Source: an uncultured Ruminococcus sp.
GTDB lineage: Bacteria > Bacillota > Clostridia > Oscillospirales > Acutalibacteraceae
Length of the DNA: 56,439 nucleotides
Assembly (NCBI GenBank): GCA_902761025.1
Contig: CACWIU010000002.1
Location: 9,517-65,955, forward strand
Direction of reading: 5' to 3'
In this document: in pieces, positions 18,782-27,260 of the stretch
How the letters are laid out: each line of letters starts with the position of its first letter
Numbering within the stretch: the stretch's first letter is position 1
Translations under genes and position numbers: made by a program
Notes under the pieces: generated by a model
The model's input: only the letters and a program-made list of their open reading frames with translations
Told to the model about the DNA's origin: nothing
Databases searched by the model: none

Positions 18782-21376
18782 GTGAGGAAAATAGTAATTG
18801 GCATTCTCGCTCATGTGGATTCGGGAAAAACAACCTTGTCGGAAGCCTTGATGTATTGTTCGGGCAATATTTCTAAACTTGGAAGAGTAGATCACGGCAG
18901 CTCTTTTTTAGATAATTTTACTATGGAGCGTGAACGCGGTATTACTATTTTTTCAAAACAAGCCGTTTTTAATTACGGCAATACCGAATTTACACTGCTG
19001 GATACTCCCGGGCATGTGGATTTTTCGGCAGAAGCAGAACGCACTCTGCAAGTTTTGGATTACGCTGTTTTAGTTATTAACGGAGCCGAGGGAGTTCAAA
19101 GTCACACGTATACATTGTGGAAACTTTTGCAAAAGTATGACATTCCTTGTTTTATATTCGTTAATAAAACAGACCTTGCAGGAGCTGACAAGAATTTTGT
19201 TATGGCTCAAGTTACTTCAAAGCTTAGCGAGGCTTGCGTAAGTTTTGATATTGAAGACAGGGATTCTCTATGTGAAAACATTGCTTTATGCGATGAAGAT
19301 TTACTTGAACAGTATGACACAAATAATAATATCGAACTTGAAGATATTATAAACGCCGTTGCCGACAGAAAAATTTTTCCGTGCTGTTTCGGTTCGGCAT
19401 TGAAACTTATAGGAATTGAGCATTTTTTAAAAATACTTGAAAAATATACTAAAACTAAAAATTTTCCCAATGATTTCGGCGGAAGAGTATATAAAATCTC
19501 AACGGACGAACAGGGCAGTCGTTTGACTTTTCTTAAAGTTACGGGCGGAAGACTTAAAGTAAAAGATATTCTTACAAGCGAAAAAAATTGTAATGACGAA
19601 AAAGTAAATCAAATACGCATTTATTCCGGTGAAAAATTCACTCAGGTTGACGAAGTATCAGCCGGCACAATATGTGCTGTTACGGGAATAACATTTGCAA
19701 ACTGCGGCGACGGACTGGGCTTTGAAAAAAATACAGTTTTTCCCCTTTTATCCCCCGTACTTACATACACAGTCGAACCGCCCGAAAGTATTGACGCACA
19801 TACGCTCTTGCCAAAAATGAAACTTCTTGAAGCCGAAGAACCGCAGCTTAATGTCGTTTGGAATGACAAACTGAATGAAATACAAGTGCGGCTTATGGGA
19901 GATATTCAGCTTGAAATATTTCAGCGTATGATTTTTGAGCGTTTTAATATCGCCGTAACTTTTGGCAAGGGAAAAATTATATACAAAGAAACAATTTCCG
20001 AACAGGTAGAGGGCGTAGGACATTTTGAACCTCTTCGGCATTATGCGGAAGTTCATCTTCTTATGAAACCTACCAAACCAAACAGCGGCGTAATAATTAA
20101 TTCGAACTGCCGCGAAGATATTCTTGATAAAAACTGGCAAAGGCTTATATTAACGCACTTATACGAAAAAACACATATCGGTGTTTTGACTGGGTCGCCG
20201 ATTACCGACATTGAAATAACTCTTATTTCGGGAAAATCTCACGCAAAGCATACCGAGGGCGGCGACTTTCGACAAGCGACTTATCGTGCTGTAAGGCAAG
20301 GTCTACGCAGTACAAAAAGCGTGCTGTTAGAACCTTATTATGATTTTACTTTAGAAGTTCCCGAAGAAAACATTGGTAAAGCTATGAATGATATTCAGCT
20401 TATGCACGGTTCTTTCGAACCATTCGAGCATAACGGAGAATTTTGTATTCTTAGCGGCACTGCTCCTGTGTCAACTATGAGCAGTTATTCAAGCGAAGTT
20501 GTCAGATACACACACGGCAGAGGAAAGCTTGAATGTCGTTTCAAGGGATACGAACCTTGTCACAATTCCGAAGAAGTCATACAACAAATCGGCTACAATG
20601 CGGACAGCGATACGGAAAATCCGTGCGATTCTGTTTTTTGTTCTCATGGTGTGGGGCATATAGTTAAATGGGATAAAGTCCCCGAATATATGCACTTGCC
20701 TTATTACGATGAGTATAACAATTCAGAAGATACTGTTGCCATGAATGACCGTGAAAGACTGTACTCGATGTGCAGAACTCAAAGTGATATTTTTGCACTT
20801 GACAATGAACTTATGCAAATTTTTGAACAGACATACGGAGCTGTAAAAAAGCGTTCAGTCGCTGAAAGCCGCTCTTTCGGAAAGTCGTCAAGCGAAGCCA
20901 CAAATTACAAGCGTGGAAAAAGTCAGCAATATTCAGGCATTGAGTACTTGCTTGTTGACGGTTACAACGTAATATTTTCTTGGGAAAAATTAAAGCAGAC
21001 AGCAAAAGAAAATATTGACGCTGCCCGAAATATGCTGATTAATATACTTTGCAATTATCAGGGATATAAAAAGTGCGAGCTTATTTTGGTGTTTGACGCC
21101 TACAAAGTAAAAGGAAATGTCCGAGAAGTAGAAAAAATCGGCAATATAAGCGTAGTCTATACCAAAGAAGCGGAAACAGCGGATATGTACATTGAAAAGA
21201 CATCGCATAAACTCGCAAAAAATAACAGAGTTAGAGTTGTAACGTCAGACGGCTTAGAGCAGTTGATAATTTTAGGCGGCGGAGCATTGCGAGTATCTTC
21301 ACAGGCATTTTTAACGGAAGTGGAGCAGGCAGAAAAAGAAATCATGTCAATAGTATCCTCTTCATCAGGACAGTAA
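18782..21376 (+). CDS. Tet(M)/EF-G-like translational GTPase fused to a C-terminal YacP/Rae1-type NYN ribonuclease domain
   Basis: G1 AHVDSGKT, G2 RGITI, G3 DTPGH, G4 NKTD. The first ~640 aa are collinear with Tet(M)-type ribosomal protection proteins. The last ~155 aa (from ~20940) read EYLLVDGYNVIF..LVFDAYK..EAETADMYIE..VVTSDGLEQ, matching YacP-like NYN motifs. GTG 18782 gives an N-terminus MRKIVIGILAHVD spaced like Tet(M). Confidence 0.85.
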   Translation: MRKIVIGILAHVDSGKTTLSEALMYCSGNISKLGRVDHGSSFLDNFTMERERGITIFSKQAVFNYGNTEFTLLDTPGHVDFSAEAERTLQVLDYAVLVINGAEGVQSHTYTLWKLLQKYDIPCFIFVNKTDLAGADKNFVMAQVTSKLSEACVSFDIEDRDSLCENIALCDEDLLEQYDTNNNIELEDIINAVADRKIFPCCFGSALKLIGIEHFLKILEKYTKTKNFPNDFGGRVYKISTDEQGSRLTFLKVTGGRLKVKDILTSEKNCNDEKVNQIRIYSGEKFTQVDEVSAGTICAVTGITFANCGDGLGFEKNTVFPLLSPVLTYTVEPPESIDAHTLLPKMKLLEAEEPQLNVVWNDKLNEIQVRLMGDIQLEIFQRMIFERFNIAVTFGKGKIIYKETISEQVEGVGHFEPLRHYAEVHLLMKPTKPNSGVIINSNCREDILDKNWQRLILTHLYEKTHIGVLTGSPITDIEITLISGKSHAKHTEGGDFRQATYRAVRQGLRSTKSVLLEPYYDFTLEVPEENIGKAMNDIQLMHGSFEPFEHNGEFCILSGTAPVSTMSSYSSEVVRYTHGRGKLECRFKGYEPCHNSEEVIQQIGYNADSDTENPCDSVFCSHGVGHIVKWDKVPEYMHLPYYDEYNNSEDTVAMNDRERLYSMCRTQSDIFALDNELMQIFEQTYGAVKKRSVAESRSFGKSSSEATNYKRGKSQQYSGIEYLLVDGYNVIFSWEKLKQTAKENIDAARNMLINILCNYQGYKKCELILVFDAYKVKGNVREVEKIGNISVVYTKEAETADMYIEKTSHKLAKNNRVRVVTSDGLEQLIILGGGALRVSSQAFLTEVEQAEKEIMSIVSSSSGQ

Positions 21377-21384
21377 ATATTATA

Positions 21385-21420
21385 AAAGCCTACGCTTATT
21401 AACATTTTGCGTAGGCTTTT
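21385..21420. terminator. bidirectional intrinsic terminator between convergent genes
   Basis: Stem AAAAGCCTACGC (21385-21396) / GCGTAGGCTTTT (21409-21420), with A/T runs on both sides. Confidence 0.75.
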
Positions 21421-21422
21421 TA

Positions 21423-22928
21423 TTATTGTATTATTATTTTTGTTGGTGTAAGCCTGTTAGTGGTAGTTCCGTCACCAAGCTGACCATAATAATTAAGTCC
21501 CCATGTATATAATGAACCTTTTTCCGTAATAGCCGCCATATGATACCCACCTACACTGACCATTTTTATATGATTAATAATTTTTTGCGGACTTAAAATA
21601 TTGTCTGTAGTTCCGTTACCCAACTGTCCGTATTGATTTTTTCCCCATGTATATAAGTCGCCCTGTTTTGTAACAGCAGCACAACAATTATTACCTAATT
21701 CAACCGATGCAACATCTTCCAGTATTTTTACAGGTTTATATTGATCTGTGATAGTTCCGTCACCAAGCTGTCCGTCAGAATTACAGCCCCAGCTATAAAG
21801 TTCGCCGTCAACAGTGACTGCAACACTATAATTGTATCCTAATTCAGCATAAGCAACCTTATCCATTATTTTTACAGGCTGTTTTTTCGTTGTCCTCGTT
21901 CCGTCACCAATTTGCCCGAAATAGTTATCTCCCCACACGTACAAAGTTCCGTCTTTTGTAACAGCCGCAACATTTCTCGTTCTTACATCAAACATTACAA
22001 CGCTTTCCAACACCTTGACCGGTTTATGTTTATCTATATTTGTATTGTCCCCAATCTGACCGGCTGAGTTATCCCCCCATAAATACAAACTTCCGTCAGT
22101 TGTAATTGCCCCGGAATTATATTTATCCAAACAAGTATAAGTAATGTCTTCAAGAATTTTTTCAGGCTTATTTTTATTATCAACTGTATTATTTCCAAGC
22201 TGACCTTGACCGTTATTTCCCCATAAACAAAGAGTTCCGTTATTGTCAACAGAAGCTGTACTTTCTGAACTAAAAGCAACAGACCCGATATTTGTAAATA
22301 TTTCAACCGGAGTATAACAATCAGTTATTTTTTCATTGCCTACCTGTCCATACTGATTTTCACCCCAAATATACAAATCTTTATCCAAAGTTAACAACGA
22401 GCTGTTATGCGTACTGGCATTTATAGAAAGAACATTTTCAAATATTTTTTCGGGTTTGGATTTATTTTCTTTTTTTCCGTCGCCGAGCTGACCATTTCTA
22501 TTACACCCCCAAGTAAAAAGCGTACCGTCTTCAGTTAAAGCCATACTATGGGCATGTCCCATAGATATATCACTAATTTTTAATTCTGTAGTGTTTTCAG
22601 CATTATCATTTTCTATTTCAATATCCATAATTATGTTGTTATCATCATTATTTGTTGCTTTTAAATCTGTTTTTTTTGGAGCAAAATTCATCTTTAAAGA
22701 AATTGCAAATAAAAGAATTGTAATTAAAGATATGCCTGCAACTTTAAACTTTTGATATTTTTTATTCTTTGATTTCAGAGGTTTATCTGTTGTCTTTTTT
22801 AGACTAACTACTGTATTACCTGTATCTGTTTTTATGGGAATAATACTCTCTTGACAGCGAGCTGTAATATTTGATTTTTCTTCTTCATTAAGCTTATAAA
22901 AGGTAGTGAATTTTATTTCTATTTTCAT
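21423..22928 (-). CDS. membrane-anchored RCC1-repeat (beta-propeller) protein
   Basis: N-terminal ~60 aa, then TM VAGISLITILLFAISL, then eight copies of the L(Y/F)xWGxNxxGQ(L/I/V)G(D/N)G RCC1 signature. Confidence 0.85.
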   Translation of the reverse strand: MKIEIKFTTFYKLNEEEKSNITARCQESIIPIKTDTGNTVVSLKKTTDKPLKSKNKKYQKFKVAGISLITILLFAISLKMNFAPKKTDLKATNNDDNNIIMDIEIENDNAENTTELKISDISMGHAHSMALTEDGTLFTWGCNRNGQLGDGKKENKSKPEKIFENVLSINASTHNSSLLTLDKDLYIWGENQYGQVGNEKITDCYTPVEIFTNIGSVAFSSESTASVDNNGTLCLWGNNGQGQLGNNTVDNKNKPEKILEDITYTCLDKYNSGAITTDGSLYLWGDNSAGQIGDNTNIDKHKPVKVLESVVMFDVRTRNVAAVTKDGTLYVWGDNYFGQIGDGTRTTKKQPVKIMDKVAYAELGYNYSVAVTVDGELYSWGCNSDGQLGDGTITDQYKPVKILEDVASVELGNNCCAAVTKQGDLYTWGKNQYGQLGNGTTDNILSPQKIINHIKMVSVGGYHMAAITEKGSLYTWGLNYYGQLGDGTTTNRLTPTKIIIQ

Positions 22929-23016
22929 ACTAAGCCCCCTTTACAATTATTTTAAAAATCTATATTTTTTAAAGAAAAACGGCAAACAAACTTAATGCCT
23001 GCCGTTTTTTTATTAA

Positions 23017-23766
23017 TTAATTGACCGCTTCTGACAACGCAATTATCATATTTCCGCTTCGGGTTTTTACATTGTAGCGATATGTTCCCTCGCCGCTGAT
23101 ATAATGATTTTTTCCGCTGCCAACGTATGAATTTAAATATCCGCTTTTCGATTTATAGTCTACGCTGTAGCCTACGGTATTTTCAACATTAACATATACT
23201 GTCCCGGCTTCGGTTGTGATTTGTGCGTCCTTTGAATATGTATTCTCAAATTTTACCGTGCTGTTAATATTATTAACTTTGATACTGTCTGCCTTGAAAT
23301 TCTTGAACACAACTTCGCCGTTTGTATTGACATTGACTGCCTTTAATTTTTCAGCCATTTTTTTCGGAATACGTATTTCAAGCTTTTTATATGCGTCGTC
23401 AATAACAACGTCGTCGCTTGACACATAAAAAATATTAAACACATTGCCCTCGCATTTGTACGAAAGCAATTTATCTTCCGGCAAATATTTAGTGGCTGAT
23501 TCCTCGACAAAGTAATAATCTTCATTAAAGCCTATAATTTCAACTCTTCCGCCAACCCAATTAACATTAAGCGTGTCTATATCATCCGGCGGATAATATT
23601 CAGCCATAGAATAATACGCTGACATATCCGTTGGGTCTATCCCGTCAATGTGTATGATATCGTCACCAGCTTCTTGTTGGACGATTTCACTTACGCCGCT
23701 CATCAACGCCACTAAAGACATGAAAATCACACCGAATACGGACAAACATATAACTTTAAGTTTCAT
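23017..23766 (-). CDS. membrane-anchored DUF4097-like beta-strand-repeat protein (putative adhesin fold)
   Basis: N-terminal anchor ICLSVFGVIFMSLVALMSGV. C-terminal repetitive beta-strand pattern (VNVNTNGEVVFKNFKADSIKVNNINSTVKFEN..., GNMIIAL). The start lies 3 nt after the pduL stop. Confidence 0.5.
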   Translation of the reverse strand: MKLKVICLSVFGVIFMSLVALMSGVSEIVQQEAGDDIIHIDGIDPTDMSAYYSMAEYYPPDDIDTLNVNWVGGRVEIIGFNEDYYFVEESATKYLPEDKLLSYKCEGNVFNIFYVSSDDVVIDDAYKKLEIRIPKKMAEKLKAVNVNTNGEVVFKNFKADSIKVNNINSTVKFENTYSKDAQITTEAGTVYVNVENTVGYSVDYKSKSGYLNSYVGSGKNHYISGEGTYRYNVKTRSGNMIIALSEAVN

Positions 23767-23769
23767 GCC

Positions 23770-24339
23770 TTACGGAATAATAACTCCGTCTACCAATCCG
23801 CTTATGCCTGCCGCATTAGCTTCGTCCGTATCAATGTGCATAGCCGGTGCAAAGTCAGACCTTACGCGAACTACAACATCGCCGAAAATTGTCTTTCTGC
23901 CTGTGCCTGCGTCTACTTCTACCGAAACAATTTGCTTGTCCTGCAAACCAAACTCCTCTGCCGATGCCGGCGTAAGATGAATATGACGCTTTGCCGCAAT
24001 TACACCATGGTCAACTTCACATTCGCCCTTGGGTCCAATAAGCTTACAGCCGGGTGTGCCTGCCACATCTCCGCTTTCTCTGATAGGCGGTACAATACCC
24101 ATTTTGCGAGCGTCTGTCAGCGAAACTTCAACCTGAACTTCTTTTCTGCACGGTCCGAGAATAGACATAACTAAATCGCCCTTGGGGCCTACTACTTTTA
24201 CTTTCTCTTCGCAAGCGAACTGACCGGGCTGAGAAAGATCTTTTTTGTTTGTAAGCGTTGCGCCCTCGCCAAACAACGTTTCAAGAACTTCCTGTGTAAC
24301 GTGAATATGACGCGCAGAGGTTTCAACCATTACTTTCAT
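23770..24339 (-). CDS. pduL: phosphate propanoyl/acetyl-transferase PduL
   Basis: Duplicated PduL motifs: ETSARHIHVT...GPCR and AAKRHIHLTP...VRVRSDFAPAMHIDTDEANA. Confidence 0.9.
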   Translation of the reverse strand: MKVMVETSARHIHVTQEVLETLFGEGATLTNKKDLSQPGQFACEEKVKVVGPKGDLVMSILGPCRKEVQVEVSLTDARKMGIVPPIRESGDVAGTPGCKLIGPKGECEVDHGVIAAKRHIHLTPASAEEFGLQDKQIVSVEVDAGTGRKTIFGDVVVRVRSDFAPAMHIDTDEANAAGISGLVDGVIIP

Positions 24340-24444
24340 TGTTATCACCATTCCATTTTTATTATTAATAATTAATATTGCCTTAAATTTAAATATCGCT
24401 GTTTATGCCAACATCAAATATTTAAAAACAATATCTCCTGCTTT

Positions 24445-24473
24445 ATTTTACACCACTTTTGCAAAAATTGCAA
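24445..24473 (-). promoter_or_regulatory. sigma-A promoter candidate for pduL
   Basis: Minus strand TTGCAA (24473-24468), 17 nt, TAAAAT (24450-24445). Confidence 0.4.
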
Positions 24474-24578
24474 TATAATATTTACACAAATTTGTATACA
24501 ATATTGTAAAAAATCAAAATTTATGATAGAATAAACATTGAACAGATATTTAAATATTAATTTAGAGGTAGATACTTT

Positions 24579-25151
24579 ATGTATGATAATTGGGAAGATT
24601 TAAAAAACGCTTGCTATGACTGTAAAAAATGCGGCTTATGCGAAACACGCACCAATCTTGTCTTTGGAGTTGGCAACCCACAAGCCGAAGTAATGTTCAT
24701 CGGCGAAGGTCCCGGAGAACAAGAGGACTTGAAAGGAGAGCCATTTGTCGGCAGAGGCGGTCAGCTTCTCGACAAAATGCTTGACGTAGTTGACTTAGAC
24801 AGAAATAAAAACATTTATATTGCAAACATGGTCAAGTGCCGCCCCCCTCAAAACCGTGACCCTAAACCCGAAGAACAGGAACAGTGCATAGGCTGGCTTA
24901 AAAATCAAGTCAAACTGATTCACCCGAAAATAATTGTGTGCTTGGGCAGAATTTCAGCAATGAAAGTCATTAAGCCCGATATTAAAATTACTCGTGAACA
25001 CGGCATTTTCTTTGACAAAAAAGGCACGCTGACAATGGCTACTCTGCACCCTGCCGCTCTGCTTAGAAATCCTACTCAAAAACCCGGCGCAATGGAAGAT
25101 TACTTTAAGTTAAGAGATAAAATAAAAGAAATTTGCAAACACACATATTAA
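24579..25151 (+). CDS. uracil-DNA glycosylase, family 4
   Basis: [36 protein letters not shown]...GRGGQLL is the family-4 UDG signature with Fe-S cysteines. Confidence 0.9.
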   Translation: MYDNWEDLKNACYDCKKCGLCETRTNLVFGVGNPQAEVMFIGEGPGEQEDLKGEPFVGRGGQLLDKMLDVVDLDRNKNIYIANMVKCRPPQNRDPKPEEQEQCIGWLKNQVKLIHPKIIVCLGRISAMKVIKPDIKITREHGIFFDKKGTLTMATLHPAALLRNPTQKPGAMEDYFKLRDKIKEICKHTY

Positions 25152-25162
25152 TCAAATTAATC

Positions 25163-25198
25163 AAAAAGCTGCCTTGAAAAAATCAAGGCAGCTTTTTT
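25163..25198. terminator. bidirectional intrinsic terminator
   Basis: 15-bp stem AAAAAGCTGCCTTGA (25163-25177) / TCAAGGCAGCTTTTT (25183-25197). Confidence 0.75.
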
Positions 25199-26006
25199 AT
25201 GACAAAACATACTTTTCAATAATTTTTGCCACACCGTCTTTGTCGTTTGAATCTGCAACGATATCCGCTATCTTTTTTACGTCTTTTTCACCGTTCTCCA
25301 TACAAACTCCACAGCCTGCATAGCCTATCATTGTCATATCGTTGTAACTATCCCCGAATGCCATAAGCTGCTCTCTTTTGTACCCGATTTGCGGAAGCAT
25401 TTTTGCAAGGCTTGCCCCCTTATTCACACCGAAAGGCATTACTTCAAGAAAGAATGGGCAGCTCTTAAACATATCCAAATAGCCTTTAAACTTATCTGTC
25501 AAAACAGCCTGATATCTGTCAATTTCTTCCGGTTCGCCGACAAGCAGCAATTTATGTACGTCAAATGTCACATAGTCAAGAAAATTACTTACTGTCTTAC
25601 TGTCCATTTTTACTGTTTCAGCTTCTATATGAGTGTACGGATTTACTTTTTGATTCGTAATAATTGTATCGTTTTCAAACGTCATTACAGTAATATTGCT
25701 GTCGTTAAGGCACTCATATATTGGCTGTATGTATTCGTGCGGAAAATTAACGGACGCAATAATTTCTTTAGACTGTGCGTTGATAATCTTTCCGCCGTTG
25801 AAAGCCATAACATAACCGCCGTATTTTTCAAGCTCCAATTCCCGAACAATTTCCCGCATACCGAAGTCATGCCGCCCCGATGCCAATATTACTTTTTTTC
25901 CACACTGTTGAGCGGCAATAAGTGCATTCTTTGTGCGGTCAGTCAATTCTTTTTTAGAGTTGGTCAGCGTTCCGTCAATATCAAGTGCGATAATTTCGTA
26001 ATCCAT
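25197..26006 (-). CDS. Cof-type HAD-IIB phosphatase
   Basis: IIALDIDGTLTN (motif I), SGR, and GDSYNDMTM (motif IV). Confidence 0.9.
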   Translation of the reverse strand: MDYEIIALDIDGTLTNSKKELTDRTKNALIAAQQCGKKVILASGRHDFGMREIVRELELEKYGGYVMAFNGGKIINAQSKEIIASVNFPHEYIQPIYECLNDSNITVMTFENDTIITNQKVNPYTHIEAETVKMDSKTVSNFLDYVTFDVHKLLLVGEPEEIDRYQAVLTDKFKGYLDMFKSCPFFLEVMPFGVNKGASLAKMLPQIGYKREQLMAFGDSYNDMTMIGYAGCGVCMENGEKDVKKIADIVADSNDKDGVAKIIEKYVLS

Positions 26007-26037
26007 ACACTTTACCTCCGATTTTTATTCAGGGTTT

Positions 26038-27243
26038 TTACATCATTTCTTCATATGTTTCTTTAAATTTTTCTATTATATAATCTGTCTGCTCTTCGGT
26101 CAGCAAAGAAAACAAAGGCAAACTTACTTCATTTTTATACATATTGTAAGCGTTAGGATAATCGGATATATCAAAGCCCATTTTTTTATAAGCGGTATGC
26201 AAAGGCAATGGCTTATAATGCACATTCGTTGCAACGCCTTTTTCAAGCATTCTGTCCATAAATTCATTCCTGAACTTTTCATCTTTATCCTTAAATCTTA
26301 CTAAGTAAAGGTGACAGCTCGAACCGATACTGTCAAAATGATTAAGAACTTGCACGCCGTCAATTCCCATAAGCGCGTCATTATATTTTTTTACAATGGC
26401 AAATCTTTTGGACAAGAGTTCTTCCGCGCGAGAAACTTGTACTAATCCAATCGAAGCCAAAATATCTGTCATATTGTGTTTATACCCTGTAAATACAATG
26501 TCATACTCCCAAAAAGGCTTTTCACCGTCAGGTTTAAATCTTCTGTCCTGTCCGTGGCAAGCCATTAAAGAAAGAGTCTTTTTTATACGGCTGCCGTCTA
26601 TTCCCTCGATAGGCTTCCATGCTAACGCACCGCCCTCGCCTGTGGTGAAATTTTTAACGGCATGAAATGAGAAACCGGAAAAGTCGGCTAATTCTCCGGC
26701 TCTTTTGCCGTCTTTTCTTTCTGCCATAAACGAGTGAGCCGAATCGGAAATAATGGCTAATCTGCCCATTGCCTGCTGAATTTCTCCCGAGGGAGTAAAA
26801 ATATTTTTCTTGCTTTCCGCAATTTCCAGCAAGCGGTCATAATCGCATAGAACGCCGCCCAAGTCAACGGGTACTATAGCTTTTGTTTTCGGCGTAACTG
26901 CATTTTCTGCCTGTTCGTATGAAATATGAAAAGTATTTGGTTCAACGTCTACCATTACGGGAGTTGCTCCGATATGCTCAATTACGCTTGCGGTCGCTGT
27001 GTATGTATACGCAGGTACGATGACTTCGTCGCCTGCTTTAATGCCCAACAATCTCATTGCCATTTCATGGCACGCTGTAGCAGAGTTCATGCACACCGCA
27101 TATGGCACATGGCACATCTCCGCAATTTTTTGCGAGAGTTCTTCGGTTCGCGGTCCCGTGGTAATCCATGACGACTTTAATGTTTCAACTACCGCGTCAA
27201 TTTCGGCTTGCCCAATATCGGGCGGTGAAAACGGAATTTTCAT
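26038..27243 (-). CDS. DegT/DnrJ/EryC1/StrS-family PLP-dependent aminotransferase
   Basis: Fold-type-I pattern with DSAHSF... and FSFHAVKNFTTGEGG (PLP lysine context). Confidence 0.85.
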   Translation of the reverse strand: MKIPFSPPDIGQAEIDAVVETLKSSWITTGPRTEELSQKIAEMCHVPYAVCMNSATACHEMAMRLLGIKAGDEVIVPAYTYTATASVIEHIGATPVMVDVEPNTFHISYEQAENAVTPKTKAIVPVDLGGVLCDYDRLLEIAESKKNIFTPSGEIQQAMGRLAIISDSAHSFMAERKDGKRAGELADFSGFSFHAVKNFTTGEGGALAWKPIEGIDGSRIKKTLSLMACHGQDRRFKPDGEKPFWEYDIVFTGYKHNMTDILASIGLVQVSRAEELLSKRFAIVKKYNDALMGIDGVQVLNHFDSIGSSCHLYLVRFKDKDEKFRNEFMDRMLEKGVATNVHYKPLPLHTAYKKMGFDISDYPNAYNMYKNEVSLPLFSLLTEEQTDYIIEKFKETYEEMM

Positions 27244-27260
27244 ATTTATTCCCCTTTGAT

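Noticed and set aside
18782-20700. Calling the GTPase module a tetracycline-resistance ribosomal protection protein.
   Set aside because: Collinearity with Tet(M) shows family membership, not function. The resistance-determining loop residues cannot be judged without an alignment. The NYN fusion argues for a different role.
21423-22928. RCC1-repeat gene as eukaryotic contamination or recent eukaryote-to-bacterium transfer.
   Set aside because: It has a bacterial SD/start context and the same AT-rich composition as its neighbours. It has a bacterial-type N-terminal anchor and shares a terminator with the flanking gene.
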